Made by a program: the position numbers and the translations under genes. This document shows, in pieces, positions 23,490 through 37,450 of a stretch of 64,000 nucleotides of DNA. Under the pieces are notes generated by a model that saw only the letters and a list, made by a program, of their open reading frames with translations, ran no database searches and was not told the DNA's origin. Origin of the DNA: Octopus sinensis (lineage: Eukaryota); NCBI RefSeq assembly GCF_006345805.1, contig NC_043008.1, forward strand, positions 30,628,001 to 30,692,000. The letters run 5' to 3'. The first letter of the stretch is position 1, and each line of letters begins with the position of its first letter.

Positions 23490-25186
23490 AAAAAGAAACA
23501 AAACGCCTCAATAAGACATTTTCACCAAATGTGATTACTGCATATATGATGAAGGCAACGCTGGTAAGCTACTTTTTTTAAAAAAAACGTTAATAGATAT
23601 AACGTCAAATGCAATTTGTAGAAACAGAAGCAGGAGGTAGAAAGAAATTAGCAGAAAACTAAAATTGGAGAAATATAGTGCGATAGTTGAATACGAATAA
23701 AGATTAAAGGCATGGAAATAGATATATTTAGTGGAAGTGTAATGTAAGAAGACATTTAAAGATCGAGTTTTACAGACTGGTAGAAATCACTTATAGGAAT
23801 TAAAGGTATGTTTTTGCCAATGTTTGCAAAGATAAACGCTTTCTTTAAACGTATTTACAAGATGATTCTCTGTGAGCAGGATGAAATACAGTTCATCGTT
23901 ATAGTTGAACAAAAAGATTTACCTTTATCATAAGGAAAGGATCTAGCTAGAATATTCCATTCCAAATAAAATTGTTTATTATGTTCCTTTAGAAAGCAAA
24001 GTTTACCGTAATGAAATAATATGACACAGAACGTTATTCGTTAACATACACTGTGCTTCTTCAACTTCATGTGTTATGCTCATATTAAAGCCATGTGAGA
24101 AGATCATGTAAAAGGTTTTCTCTGTTGAACATAGCATATGAGAGGTATAAAAAAGAGATATAAATACGTGATATTTTTCTGTATTTTTCCCTCGTTTTAT
24201 ATCAGGAGTAATAAAGACTGAAACTTCAATTAAAAATATATTATAATTATTTACATAAAATTGTTGTAAATAATTATTGCTTAATATTATGTCGAAGAAT
24301 AATGTTAACAATTAGTAATGGACATTTAAAAAAAACATATTCCTTCTTCCTTACCAGGGGGTGAGGTAATTAAGATAAAGAGGTGTGGATTAAATAGGAT
24401 AAACTATAGCTGCTACATGAATTTTGGCTTTCTCAAGAACGAGTGCAAGTAGATATATAAAATATATTTTTACAACCATTAGTTCATAGGAAAAGGCGCA
24501 TCGTTTCATCACTAATGGCCTGTTCAAGTGTGACTTGTATTTTATAATAAACAAATTTACTTTATGTTTGCAATTTCATACATATATGTGTATACTCACA
24601 TATACTTCAATTATTCTATAATTTACAAGATTCCTAATGTGAAATCAGTTAAAATGGATGTCCTATTTTGCAAGGGTATATTTCGTGATAACACGCACTG
24701 ACTCTAGTTTGCTTGTTTATATTATTATCATGCCCTTTGCTAATTAATTAACCAATCGATTTTTTCATTAATCGTTCAATCAACCACTTAATTAGTAGCT
24801 ATTCTCAGCTTTATTGATGTGTTCTCGTTAAATCATAGCTGTACCAATGTCTCTAAACTTGGTCTCTTGATTTCTGTCTGTATTTATAGATTTTGGGATG
24901 CGGGAATTTCAGTGTCTCCGCATTATGTTGTGAGAGTGTGTAGGGCACATGTATGGCTCTTTGCAATTTGATTTTCTCATTTTTATTGTTAGTGTCTATG
25001 TGAGCATGTTGCGTGTGTGTCTGTGTGTACGCGCCCATATGCAGACGCACTTGTCGCTTGCCTTTTGGCAGGTCGTGATTTACGGTTGTCAATTATTCCT
25101 ATTGTTCAAGCGAACAGTAAATTTATCCGCTAAAATATCTTAAACATACACGCAAAAATGCACGCATACATAACATCCATATTCAC

Positions 25187-25739
25187 ACAAACACACACAC
25201 GCACACAAACGCACATACACACATACACACACGCAAACATCGTTTAATTTGATCTTAAAAATAGCTCCTTAAATTTAATTCTATGCAATAACAATATATT
25301 TTCAAATATGTAATTATATTAATTCTCTGACATAACTAATGATTATGCTTCAATAATCTTTGCAAATAAGAATACTTAGATGCTTCTCTCTTAATTTTTC
25401 CATTATATTTTACTCTCCATTACTTTCTTTCCAGTGAAATATTGCAAAGGAATTCAGTGTACATAATCTATGTCTCAACGTTATAGCTAACATTCAAATT
25501 CAATCTAACTGATTTTAAAATCTTCTAGATATTAACTATTACAAATATATTTTGTGTTAAATATGACAGGCGAAACAATACTACGTCCTCTTCTTCATTG
25601 TTTCTTAAGTTTCTTTTATTATACACTCACCACTCTAACTCTTTAACGACTAATTGCAAAAATCCCAAGGAGTAAAACAAGCCGTACGTTTGTCATATGT
25701 ATGTGCTTTGTGTGTGATTATGCATGTGTGTGTGTGTGT

Positions 25740-25779
<40 letters not shown>

Positions 25780-26125
25780 TGTGTGTGTTTCCTCCCGTGT
25801 GCATATATGCTTGTAACTGTCATGTGTATATATGTGTAAATGTATATGTTTACGTATATGTTCGAGGATGACAGATTAAATAACTGCGCGTTCATAATAA
25901 TAAACCTTAAAGCGATAAATAACAGAGCTTCATTTGATATGTCTGCTGACATTTCCAAAATAGTTCAGAATGCGGATAGTTCTTTCCATCTTTGACATTT
26001 ATAAATAAATAAATGTTTGCGCGTGTATTTATGTATATATATATATAATATATATATATAATATATATATATACATATATACACACATACATATATATAT
26101 ATATATATACATGTATATATATATA

Positions 26126-26178
<53 letters not shown>

Positions 26179-26895
26179 AACATATATAAATATATATATA
26201 TTTGTTTTGGAGATTTTTATATTCCGTTATATTAAAAATAATTTTACATTAATCTGAACAACTATAAAATAATGTTTGTAGAGTACAAATTTATTATTCG
26301 TTTGACAAGAATAGGATTGGGTGTGACTTAGAAGTTTTGGCCAGCTAAGCTGGTCATACACAAACACACACACGCACACAAACGCACATACACACATACA
26401 CACACGCAAACATCGTTTAATTTGATCTTAAAAATAGCTCCTTAAATTTAATTCTATGCAATAACAATATATTTTCAAATATGTAATTATATTAATTCTC
26501 TGACATAACTAATGATTATGCTTCAATAATCTTTGCAAATAAGAATACTTAGATGCTTCTCTCTTAATTTTTCCATTATATTTTACTCTCCATTACTTTC
26601 TTTCCAGTGAAATATTGCAAAGGAATTCAGTGTACATAATCTATGTCTCAACGTTATAGCTAACATTCAAATTCAATCTAACTGATTTTAAAATCTTCTA
26701 GATATTAACTATTACAAATATATTTTGTGTTAAATATGACAGGCGAAACAATACTACGTCCTCTTCTTCATTGTTTCTTAAGTTTCTTTTATTATACACT
26801 CACCACTCTAACTCTTTAACGACTAATTGCAAAAATCCCAAGGAGTAAAACAAGCCGTACGTTTGTCATATGTATGTGCTTTGTGTGTGATTATG

Positions 26896-26935
<40 letters not shown>

Positions 26936-27192
26936 TGTGTGTGTTTCCTCCCGTGTGCATATATGCTTGTAACTGTCATGTGTATATATGTGTAAATGTA
27001 TATGTTTACGTATATGTTCGAGGATGACAGATTAAATAACTGCGCGTTCATAATAATAAACCTTAAAGCGATAAATAACAGAGCTTCATTTGTTATGTCT
27101 GCTGACATTTCCAAAATAGTTCAGAATGCGGATAGTTCTTTCCATCTTTGACATTTATAAATAAATAAATGTTTGCGCGTGTATTTATGTAT

Positions 27193-27236
<44 letters not shown>

Positions 27237-27263
27237 TACACACATACATATATATATATATAT

Positions 27264-27335
<72 letters not shown>

Positions 27336-27530
27336 TAAACATATATAAATATATATATATTTGTTTTGGAGATTTTTATATTCCGTTATATTAAAAATAA
27401 TTTTACATTAATCTGAACAACTATAAAATAATGTTTGTAGAGTACAAATTTATTATTCGTTTGACAAGAATAGGATTGGGTGTGACTTAGAAGTTTTGGC
27501 CAGCTAAGCTGGTCATACACAAACACACAC
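25187..27530. repeat. Tandem duplication, unit ~1.16-1.17 kb, breakpoint in CA-rich repeat
   Basis: GCAAACATCGTT at 25233 and 26406; GGTCATAC at 26352 and 27511. Differences seen are 1 SNP, 1 indel and microsatellite lengths. Confidence 0.95.
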
Positions 27531-27928
27531 ACACAGACATCCTAACATATATGACAATGGAGAACTTGGGCTTAAATTTGTACCAGCAGTTCAGTGTCTA
27601 CGTAGTGAGCGTATGAGCGTGTCTATGTGTCATTTTGCGTGTCTTTTCATGAAGCATTGTCTCATATACATAAATGTTTCAAACATTTTTTAACCCCAGT
27701 GCAAAGTAACATAAGCTACTTTAAATACAGGTCGACCTTTGGTGACATTATCTGGAGTTGCAATATTTCAGGGTTTGGACCTTTTCTTCTGGATATCTAA
27801 GGAGAAAAGCTGTCGGTATGTGTCAGCTAATAACATCTCTCCGTAGATTTCCTGAAGAAGGTAATTGTACAAAACATTGACTGTATTTTAAATTTATTTA
27901 GCGTGCGTTGCTTTGATTCTAAAGAAGG

Positions 27929-27986
<58 letters not shown>

Positions 27987-28377
27987 GTGTGTGTGTGTGT
28001 GTGTGTTTGGGGAGAATTGTAGGAAGAAAATATGGTTTGTTCCGTGTTTTGCAAATGCACCTGAATCTCAAAACGTGTCGATTTTTAATTTTGTCATGTG
28101 TATATATGTGTAAATGTATATGTTTACGTATATGTTCGTAAATGTATATGTTACGTATATGGTTTCTAGAATGTTTTGCTTGTCAATTGCGAAAAATCAA
28201 TAAATAAAGGGTTTAGGAAAATTTTATTTACAAGGTAGAATTCGGGAAGACATGTTTAAACAGTCAAATGATCAAATGTTCACAGAAACTTCATTGAGTT
28301 TCACATGGATAGATAGTAATATAAATGTAGATGTTCCATGAAGATGATAACAAATATATATGATACGATATAGGATA

Positions 28378-28445
<68 letters not shown>

Positions 28446-28475
28446 GTAGGTAGATAGAAAGATAGATAGATAGAT

Positions 28476-28508
<33 letters not shown>

Positions 28509-28509
28509 T

Positions 28510-28607
<98 letters not shown>

Positions 28608-28869
28608 TAACGTCTGTGAAACATAAATCCGAAAGAGGAGGCACACTTTATGGTATAGAGCAGTATAAATTAAAATGGAGGAGGCCGGTTTATGAGTTTA
28701 CCTTAAGTTTCCTGTCCACAAAAGGTTTAGTTTTATGGCCCATTTTCTCTTTAAAATATGGAGGGGAAATGCTTCATTACTCAAAGGTAACAATGGGGAT
28801 CATCTTCTTTGGCTATCGGCTATCGACTTCCGGCTGTGTCGCCATATTGTGGGCTTTAAAAGTCTAGCA

Positions 28870-30009
28870 GGAACCTCCTAAAATGTAAATATTACCTGAA
28901 ATACTCCGTTCTCGAGTTAAGGATGTTCCCTGGTTCGAGGGAGTTTTTCAGGATTCTCACGCGTCCTATTACGCATAATTTGCAACGTTTTGATGTAGGG
29001 GCGTGGATTCTCGAGAAATTTCTATGAGATCGCGTATAGAATCCCATAGTCTCTCAGTTGCCAGACACAGCTGGCCAGTGATGTTACGTATCTCCTTTCC
29101 GGAACTCTGAAGGAGGACCTGTGGTTGATGAGATGTTGCTTGAATGTGTTTCTTGAACAACCACTGTATCTCCGCGGGTGGGTGTTGTCGGCGCTGTGTC
29201 TGTATCTGCTGGTGTTGCAATCGTTACTGCCGCAACCTCAGGAACTGCTGGTGTCGGCATCACTGGAGGCGGTGGTGTTGGCCTCGGTAATGGTATCGCC
29301 ACTGAAGGGGATGGTGAAAGTAATGTTGTTGTTATTGTGGTCTTTGCCATTTGTGGGAGAGTTGCTATTGCTGCTGGTGCTTCTGCTGGTGGTTCTGCTA
29401 GGGCTACTGTCGCCTTTAGTGCTATTATGGCCGTTATTGCTGAAGGTGACACTGGACCTGCTGCTGATGTTGTTGTTGTTAAGCAACAAGACGGGTAAGG
29501 TGATTAAGTGATGGTCTAGGGTTTAGAGGCGGGAGACCCCAGAGCTTGGAAAAAAAAATTGGTCGTCTTGCTGTAGTCGAGGGCTCTTCGTTGACGCCCG
29601 GCACTACTAGGAGGTGGCCCTCGAAGTCGCTGGAAATGGAGATCTCCAGGTCCAAATTCTTGAACGGCTGCTGTTGCTGCTGCTGCTGCTATAGGAAGTG
29701 TCAGGTCTGCTATAGTCGACGTTAGGGAAGCTGTTGGTACTGATGGCGATGTTGCTGTTGTTGCTATCAATGCCGTTGGGGCAACTGCCAACGCTGTCAC
29801 TGATGCTGTTATTGTTATTGTTGTTAATGTTGTTAACTGTGGCGATGTTGGCAGCGGTGCTGGTTCTGTTCCTGTATCTACGGCTGCTACTGCTTCAACT
29901 AGCAGCATTCGAGTGTACATCTCGTTGGATAGTGTGGGTATATTTTAAGTGGGTAGCCGCAGTCAAATCGCTCCCTCTGTGTGTGGCTTTGTGTCTGTGC
30001 TGATGCGTC

Positions 30010-30043
<34 letters not shown>

Positions 30044-30085
30044 TGTATGTATGTATGTATGTATGTATATATGTATGTATATATG

Positions 30086-30131
<46 letters not shown>

Positions 30132-30980
30132 AAAAGTAAAAAATATATACAAAAAGGGGAGGAGAAGAAAGAGACAGATCGAGGGGAGTGGAGGTAAGAG
30201 AGGTAGAGAAGCGTAGGAGGGGGGACGGATGAAGAGAGAAAGAAGGGGAATAAGGGAGGAGGAGAGAGAGAGAAAGAGACAGATCAAGAGTCGTACCAAT
30301 GTTAGAGAAAATATACTTACGTATAAGGACAGAGGTATGGATACAGAAGCCGCCATTATATATGTAAAAAAGTAAAAAATATATACAAACTGGGACAAGA
30401 ACGTGAAACACCTAGGAGACGACACAAGAACCACAGGACGGGACATTCGAAGCCCTCAGTCATCAGTCAAGAACCAGATCATCTTCGCAATTTCGGCTGA
30501 TTAATCTTGAGATTGCTCCGACCTGGGCAGCCCCCAAGGGAAATCTAAGCCAAGCGCATTAGATCCCTTGGAAGAAAGCTTCGAATATATACAACACAAG
30601 GACGGAAAACGAATGATGTACACGAATAAAAATACAGAAATACGTGAAAACAATAAGGAAAGCACGAATAAGAATACAAACACGTAAAAACAATAACGGT
30701 AAGGATAAAAAACAAAACTAGGACGTAGGACAAGGGTCTTTCGACAGGACGAGTTGAGTTGGGGCTGGCTTATGGAGTTGTGCCTTATGGCCGCGGGAGA
30801 CAAACAAAAACGTGTTGCTTCAACGACTGCTGGTACGAAAAGGCCGCCCAGCAGTGGCTAGCGGTCACGTGAGGACAAAAAACAGGAGAAAGGGACAGAT
30901 GAGGAGAGAGAGAAGGTGGATAGGGGAGGAGAAGAAAGAGACAGATCGAGGGGAGTGGAGGTAAGAGAGGTAGAGAAGCG
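28870..30980 (-). mobile_element. Probable PLE pseudo-LTR (partial tandem) plus start of a low-complexity ORF, frameshifted
   Basis: 58-bp direct repeat at 30156-30213 and 30923-30980, plus GTAAAAAGTAAAAAATATATACAAA at ~30129 and ~30364. Broken Thr/Ala/Asn-rich ORFs lead to LFKKHIQATSHQ...GRVRILKNSL. Confidence 0.45.
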
Positions 30981-31012
<32 letters not shown>

Positions 31013-31817
31013 TTAATCATATCAAAGGGAAATGGAATTTAATTAAATTTAAAATATTCAATCAAAATTTACATTTCCAGTGGTCTAACGTGCAAAAAAA
31101 TTAGTCAAGAAGACTATATATTAGTTATACGATATAGTGCATATTTATACACATAAGGAATTTCACTTAGCGTGAAATTCAACACATTAGAGAGAACAGC
31201 TAGGTTCTATAAACCACAAAAATAACGGAAAAAATTCGACAGGAATAAATTTGGAAATGAAAAACATTTACCATCTAGTACCCCGGACCAAGGTCTGATC
31301 TTCTTCGGCGAGGTCCAGCCTAGGGTTAAACATATAAAGCAGAAGACAAGCACCGCTACCCGTCTCGTGTTTATACGAACTAACTTTTCAAATTTTTCTG
31401 CGCAATCGCAGTCCAATCGTTTGTGATTAATCTGTATATTTTGTATCTTTTCATTTGTCTTGTTCCCCTACGTCCTGGCGTTTGCTAAATTTTCTTGAGA
31501 ACGTTCCTTTCTTAGTGGTAAGACCATAGGGGCTTCACTTCTAGTATAATGGATGTCCAGTTAGCCACTAAGTGGTCATCCATCTTATATACATGTTGGG
31601 ATTGGGAGTATAAGTTATTGGTTTGATCTTGGTCATAGCAGGCACTACCTCAATGAATTCAGATGCTGTTGGGCCACTAAGCAAATTTTGTTTCGGTGTT
31701 GAAGTTCATTGTCTCAGTTGACAAATGGTGTTTTCTTACAGGGTCCATTGAGATATTCTTGTGATACAGTGACATAGCATAGGAGAATAATTGCTCTTCT
31801 TTAGTTCGTTTATTACA

Positions 31818-32208
31818 CTTTTACTCTTTTACTTGTTTCGGTCATTTGACTGCGGCCATGCTGGAGCACCGCCTTTAGCCGAGCAAATCGACCCCAGGAT
31901 TATTATTTTAAGCCTAGTACTTATTCTATCGGTTTCTTTTGCCGAACCGCTAAGTTACGGGGATTTAAACACACCAGCATCGGTTGTCAAGCGATGTTGG
32001 GAGGAATAAACACATACACACGCACACATATATACATATATACGACAGGCTTCTTTCAGTTTCCGTCTACCAAATCCACTCACAAGGCTTAGGCCGGCCC
32101 GAGGCTATAGTAGAAGACACTTGCCGAAGGTGCCACGCAGTGGGACTGAACCTGGAACCATGTGGTTGGTAAACAAGCTACTTACCACACAGCCACTCCT
32201 GCGCCTAT
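31818..32208 (-). mobile_element. tRNA-derived SINE family A, full length
   Basis: Head ATAGGCGCAGGAGTGGCTGTGTGG (A box), GGTTCAGTCCC (B box-like) and tail GAAACAAGTAAAAGAGTAAAAG. Confidence 0.92.
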
Positions 32209-32699
32209 GCGTACTTCTCTTGTTCTGTTAGATGTTAATGATGGTTAGTGTTTCTTTTTCATAATGTTCTGCTCGTATTTTAAGAATGATGCTTGCATTT
32301 TATGATTGCACAATGCAATTACTTCAGAATGTTGATAATTATGTGTTCCTTTGAAATGATGAACTCCAGGATTTCATCTAGACAGAGGTTACATATTCGT
32401 GATGTTATATTTTACGGTCTAGGAATTTTTTATTACCAACCAGTTGGTTGTATGCACTACTCCGTTCAGATTGCGCCTCCAGATGAGGTTAGATAATAAT
32501 GTGCAGTAACTTACATAATACATACATACATACATATCGATCAATGGACAAACGAAGGAAAGCAACACTGAACACATTTAGTAGTAGTTACATGTTATAT
32601 TATTTAAAAGAGTTTGAACCCGCTCCTACAGAAATCTAGGGATTAGTTAGCCGAAGGGAGGGATGCTGCAAGTCCAAAATGGAAATGTGAGATTTTCGT

Positions 32700-32860
32700 T
32701 CAAGCACTGTTTATCTTGATTTGAGATCATCATGTCGAGCACATATGATGCTTAGTGTATCTTTATCAGACGAGTAGTCATGATGAGTATACTGAGCTTC
32801 GTATATTTTACCCAGTGTCACTATGATGACATGCAGTGCCCTCTTAGTCAATAATAATGC
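32700..32860 (+). mobile_element. (AAT)n-tailed repeat family D, copy 2
   Basis: CTGTTTATCTTGAT.TGAGATCA.CATGTCG..CACATATG...CCCAGTGTCACT.TGATG.CATGC matches 7350-7500. Confidence 0.85.
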
Positions 32861-33023
32861 TGCTGATGATGATGATGCTGAGGATGATGGTGGTGGTGGT
32901 GGTGGTGGTAGTGGTGGTTTTGGTGGTGGTGGTGGTGGTGGTGTGGTGGTGGTGGTGGTGGTGATGGTGGTGATGGTGATGATGATGATGATGATGATGA
33001 TAATAATAATAATAATAATAATG

Positions 33024-33097
<74 letters not shown>

Positions 33098-33098
<1 letters not shown>

Positions 33099-33545
33099 TC
33101 GAATATGTGCTATGGCCAAATCCCAGAAGATTACTAAATCCTGTGGGATCTAATGATTCAGTATGGCCATTAAATTAGAAATCGGAAGCTTGACACTGAA
33201 CAGAAAAGAAAAAATCTTGCATGTCCTAGTGACAACAGGATCGAAGAGAAAGTAGAAGAAAAAGTTAATAACTATGGTGAATTGAAATGGGAAATACGCA
33301 GGTTGTGGGCAATGAAGAGATTGGATGGGATACCAATAGTAATTGGCGCGCTTGGAAGTATCAGCAATTAACTACAAATGTGGTTTAAAAAGATTGCGAC
33401 AAATGTAAAGTCAGCATTGGTTGTAACTGCAAGAGTTCTCCGCGGAGATTTTAAAGCGTGACCAGTAAACAAGTGTCACCGTAATCTGTTGGCGGTAGGC
33501 AACCAACACTTTCCATCATGCCCAGAAAAACAGCGGAGGGTTTCA
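33098..33545 (+). mobile_element. R4/Dong-like RLE 3' fragment (lineage B) following (TAA)n
   Basis: KILWDLMIQ..IRNRK..ACPSDNRIEEKVEEKVNNYGELKWEIRRLW..IPIVIGALG. Confidence 0.8.
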
Positions 33546-33617
33546 TTAAAAGAAAAATTAAAATTTTTATCATTATTATTATTATATTATTATTATTAGT
33601 ATTAGTATTAGTATTAA

Positions 33618-33682
<65 letters not shown>

Positions 33683-33712
33683 ATCATTATTATCATTATT
33701 ATCATTATTAAA

Positions 33713-33922
33713 GAGTGCCGCGAACTGGCAGAATCGTTAGCACGCCGGAAAAAATGCTTAACGGCATGTAAACCGTCTTCACGTTCTAATTTAAAATTCT
33801 GCCGACTTTGCCTTTTATCTTTCGTGGTCCCTGAAATAAGTATCAGTTACGCATTGGGGTCGATATAATCAACTAGACCCCCGCCCTCCAAATTTCGGGC
33901 CTTGTGCCTATAGTAGAAAGGA
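33713..33922 (+). mobile_element. tRNA-derived SINE family B
   Basis: CGAACTGGCAGAATCGTTAGCACGCCGG...GCCGACTTTGCC...GGGGTCGATATAATC, shared with 47043, 53153 and 62742. Confidence 0.85.
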
Positions 33923-33989
33923 CTAATATTATTATATTATTATTATTATATTATTATATTATTATTATTATTATATTATTATTATTATT

Positions 33990-34540
33990 ATGTTATGTTT
34001 GACTTTTGCTTTGTATTTGTACAAGTTGGCTCCAATTCTCACCCAGAGACCTCAAGACACGACAAGTTGGAAGTTCATGTTGGTGTTATGCCTAGGGTGT
34101 CATATATTTGATTTTGTACATAGTGTTGTTCTAGAGAATGTTTAAGAAACCATAAGAAAATTATGTTTGTTTTAAAACTTGAGATTACATAGAAAGTATT
34201 TTGGTAGGATATGAGCATTTCCCATGAGCGCTATCTCTTGAATTTCTGCCATTTTGGGGTTCCCTGGTATCTCAGCTAGGTAGCAATCAACCCCTTTTGC
34301 TATCATTCTCAGGGCACCTATGACAACAGGTATTGTTTTAGTCTTCAGATTCAACATTTTGCTAATTTCTATTTCAAGATCTTTATATTTGCTCAGTTTT
34401 TGGTAGGTCTTGACAGATACGTTTATATCGATTGGGACAATTATATCAATAAGGAGGCATGATTTTTGTCTGAAGTCTTTCAATATGATGTCCGGCCTAT
34501 TCGCATCTATCTTTCTGTCAGTTTGAATGGTCAAGTTCAG
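33990..34540 (-). mobile_element. R4/Dong-like RLE 3' end (lineage C) inserted in (TAA)n on the minus strand
   Basis: TIQTDRKIDANRPDIILKD..CLLIDIIVPID..KTYQKLSKYKDLEIEISKM..TIPVVIGAL. Minus-strand (AAT)n on both sides. Confidence 0.9.
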
Positions 34541-34568
34541 ATCATTATTATTGTTATTATTATTATTA

Positions 34569-34609
<41 letters not shown>

Positions 34610-34635
34610 TATTATTATTATTATCATTATTATTA

Positions 34636-34712
<77 letters not shown>

Positions 34713-34875
34713 TATTATTATTATTAAAATATAATGTGTGCGTGTGCCTTTGTCTGTGTATTTATTATTTGCAACATGTATGTCATTCTTCAGTATAATG
34801 TAAAATTGTTTTATCATAATTCGGCATAGAAGCAAACGTCATTGCGCTTCTCTCTCTCTCTCCCCCCTCTCTCTC

Positions 34876-34915
<40 letters not shown>

Positions 34916-35502
34916 CACGTACATACATATAGATACATACATACATACATACATACATACATACATACATACATACATACATACATAAACAGACAGGCAG
35001 ATATGTGTCTAGCTTTCTATCAATATATATTTGCTTACATACACTTTTTTAAAGCAGGGAAATATTGAAGGAAATTAAGTGCTTATAAGATTAAAGCGTA
35101 AATATTCTTCTAAATAAACCTTATATTAATAACTACGATTTCTATCCGGGTATTGGCTTTTGTTACTGTAGACGATTTGATAGACATCATTCTATGATTG
35201 ATATATTTCATGGATTTTGGATTGACGTAAAGGAAAATAGCATCTCCCTACTGACTATAAAATGTGCCGAATCTAGATTCCATCATTCTGCCTTCTGTAA
35301 CTCCAGAACTCAAATCTTTATGGACAACTGTAATAATTTTATCTGAGGCCTTAGATGAATCTAGACAACACTGAACTTTTGATCACCACTGAAGAAACTG
35401 AATTAATATTTTACTGTAATTCAATCAGTTATTTGAGAAATGTCAGCCGTAATGAGACAAGCGTTTAGTACCTTATAACTCTTTGTCTACACCACAGCTC
35501 TC

Positions 35503-35665
35503 TCAACTAGCATGGCCCGGTGACTAAGCAACTCATTTCATAGCGACGTCGTTCCATGTTCAATCTCACAACGCGAGACTTTGAACAAATGTCGTCAGGT
35601 TGACCCTCGAGTCGATGACAGCCTTCTAAGCGGAATTTTGTAGATACAGCTATGTGGAAGCGCGT
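35503..35665 (+). mobile_element. Old degenerate SINE, family A-like
   Basis: Collinear weak match to the family A head and core (GTTC..TC.CAC..CG.G.CACTTTG..CAA.TGTC...CCTCG.G.CGA). Confidence 0.5.
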
Positions 35666-36250
35666 GGAAATTAGCATCTATACGTTGTCTAACATAACAC
35701 CGCCAGCTGGCCATTACGTGACCTTAATGGATTGCACTCTGTTACAACCTTTCCGGGCAGGCTCTAAGATTAAATTATCTTCAACCCACCTGCAGCAAAG
35801 TAAGTAACAACAATTCTAGCCTGTGTTCTTCCCACTCTGATTACGCTATTAAAAATAATGGGTAAATTGTTGCATGTACTGTGCTTTTGGCTCTATAAAC
35901 GTCTGACATGTCTCTACTTTTGTTGCTATACGCAACAAATATCATACGATGAGCAATCTCAGGTGTATTGTGTAAATTCTGCTGCGTCAGCTGGTGTGTA
36001 ATGCTGTTTTCAACTTGGCTCTGTCTAGACGCTGCAAGAATTATTGTTGTATCATGACTGAAAGGAACGATGGTTGCATTGATGATAAATATAATGATGA
36101 GGATGGGAGGAAGAAGAGGGGTATTTGCAGCTGTTTTTATTGTTGCTCAAGTACAATTTAAATGTAAGATTTGAATGTAGTGTTTTATAGATAGATAGAT
36201 AGATACATACATACATACATACATACATACATACATACATACATACATAA

Positions 36251-36336
<86 letters not shown>

Positions 36337-36519
36337 TGATTGATAGATAGATACATATATACCTACATACATAACTACATATTTATTTAAGTGCATATGT
36401 ATGTATACAAATATATATGTATATGCATTCATATATGAATACTTATATGTGTGTGTGTGTATTTTTGTATATATGTATGCTATTCGAATATTATATCTGC
36501 CTAAACCAGATCTTTCCAT

Positions 36520-37450
36520 TATGTTTACGACAGATATACTGAGCCCAAAGTAGGACCCAATTCACGAATCCTCTTGTAAAATATCTAGATGTTCACATTT
36601 GTATCCACTGTTTCAAATCCACTTTCACTTCGTATTTGAAATTAAATCATTGTCATCGAAGACCGGTCTTAATTGGACGACCAAAGTGAAGTCGAAGCAT
36701 ACTAGATCCACGATGCAGATAGGATAGGGCAGCTTCATTTGTTGCTGAAGGTGTGTGTTGTGGATCTCCTCCAGAAAGTAGTTCCTCTAAACTCATTCAC
36801 TTTCTCGGTGTACCGTTCGCTATTCAAAATATAGCCAAGATCTATAAAAATCAAGAGAATAGTACCTTTATTATCTCAAAAGACAGTTACCACAACTTGC
36901 TGTGCTCATCACTGGCTCTTGAACCTGTTAGGTTTTGAAGAAAAGGAGTGGCTCCATTTCATGAACGGAGCCTTCTTTTCTAGATCAACAAGATATATTT
37001 ACGTTTCATCTTCCATCACCTGATCCGAAAAATTTGTTTTCATTGGCTTTAAATGCTCTCAGCAGATCAAAGTAGAGTTTCTTTTCATCAAACCAGATGT
37101 CAGCTACCAAGGTATCCACTTCAGAAATATTCCGATGCACAAGTTCTACCATTTTGCGTAAAGCCGTGTGACCACTGTCCCTTTATACAGTTAGCTCACT
37201 CTTCTATCTACGCAAAACAATTCATGCACCTGCTAGTGATTCTTGTCAGAAGTCACAATTGATTTTCTTTAATGCGTGGTTTCTCTTCAATGCAGCGTGG
37301 TATGTCTTTCCATTCCTTTAATATTCTTCGACCATCTTGCACATTGCTTTTATAAATGGGACCATCTCGTCAGTTTTGGATGTTGGACAGCCTGTACACC
37401 AACTTTAGGAACTTTTCATGATGTATTCAATTTTAATTGAATTTACTAAT
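36520..37450 (-). mobile_element. Mariner (DD34D-type) transposase relic
   Basis: MEDET*IYLVDLEKKAPFMKWSHSFSSKPNRFKSQ..QVVVTVF*DNKGTILLIFIDLGYILNSERY, matching GDETW..YDPE....W..SPRPKK..VMLTVFWD.KG. Confidence 0.8.

Noticed and set aside
24003-24311. 102-aa minus ORF with hydrophobic stretches ending near a GTAAAC donor
   Set aside because: No recognisable domain and no clear acceptor. This length is expected by chance in AT-rich DNA.
36940-36985. Hairpin GGCTCC..GGAGCC with AGAAAAG/CTTTTCT extension
   Set aside because: It lies inside the mariner transposase relic; there is no evidence of independent function.
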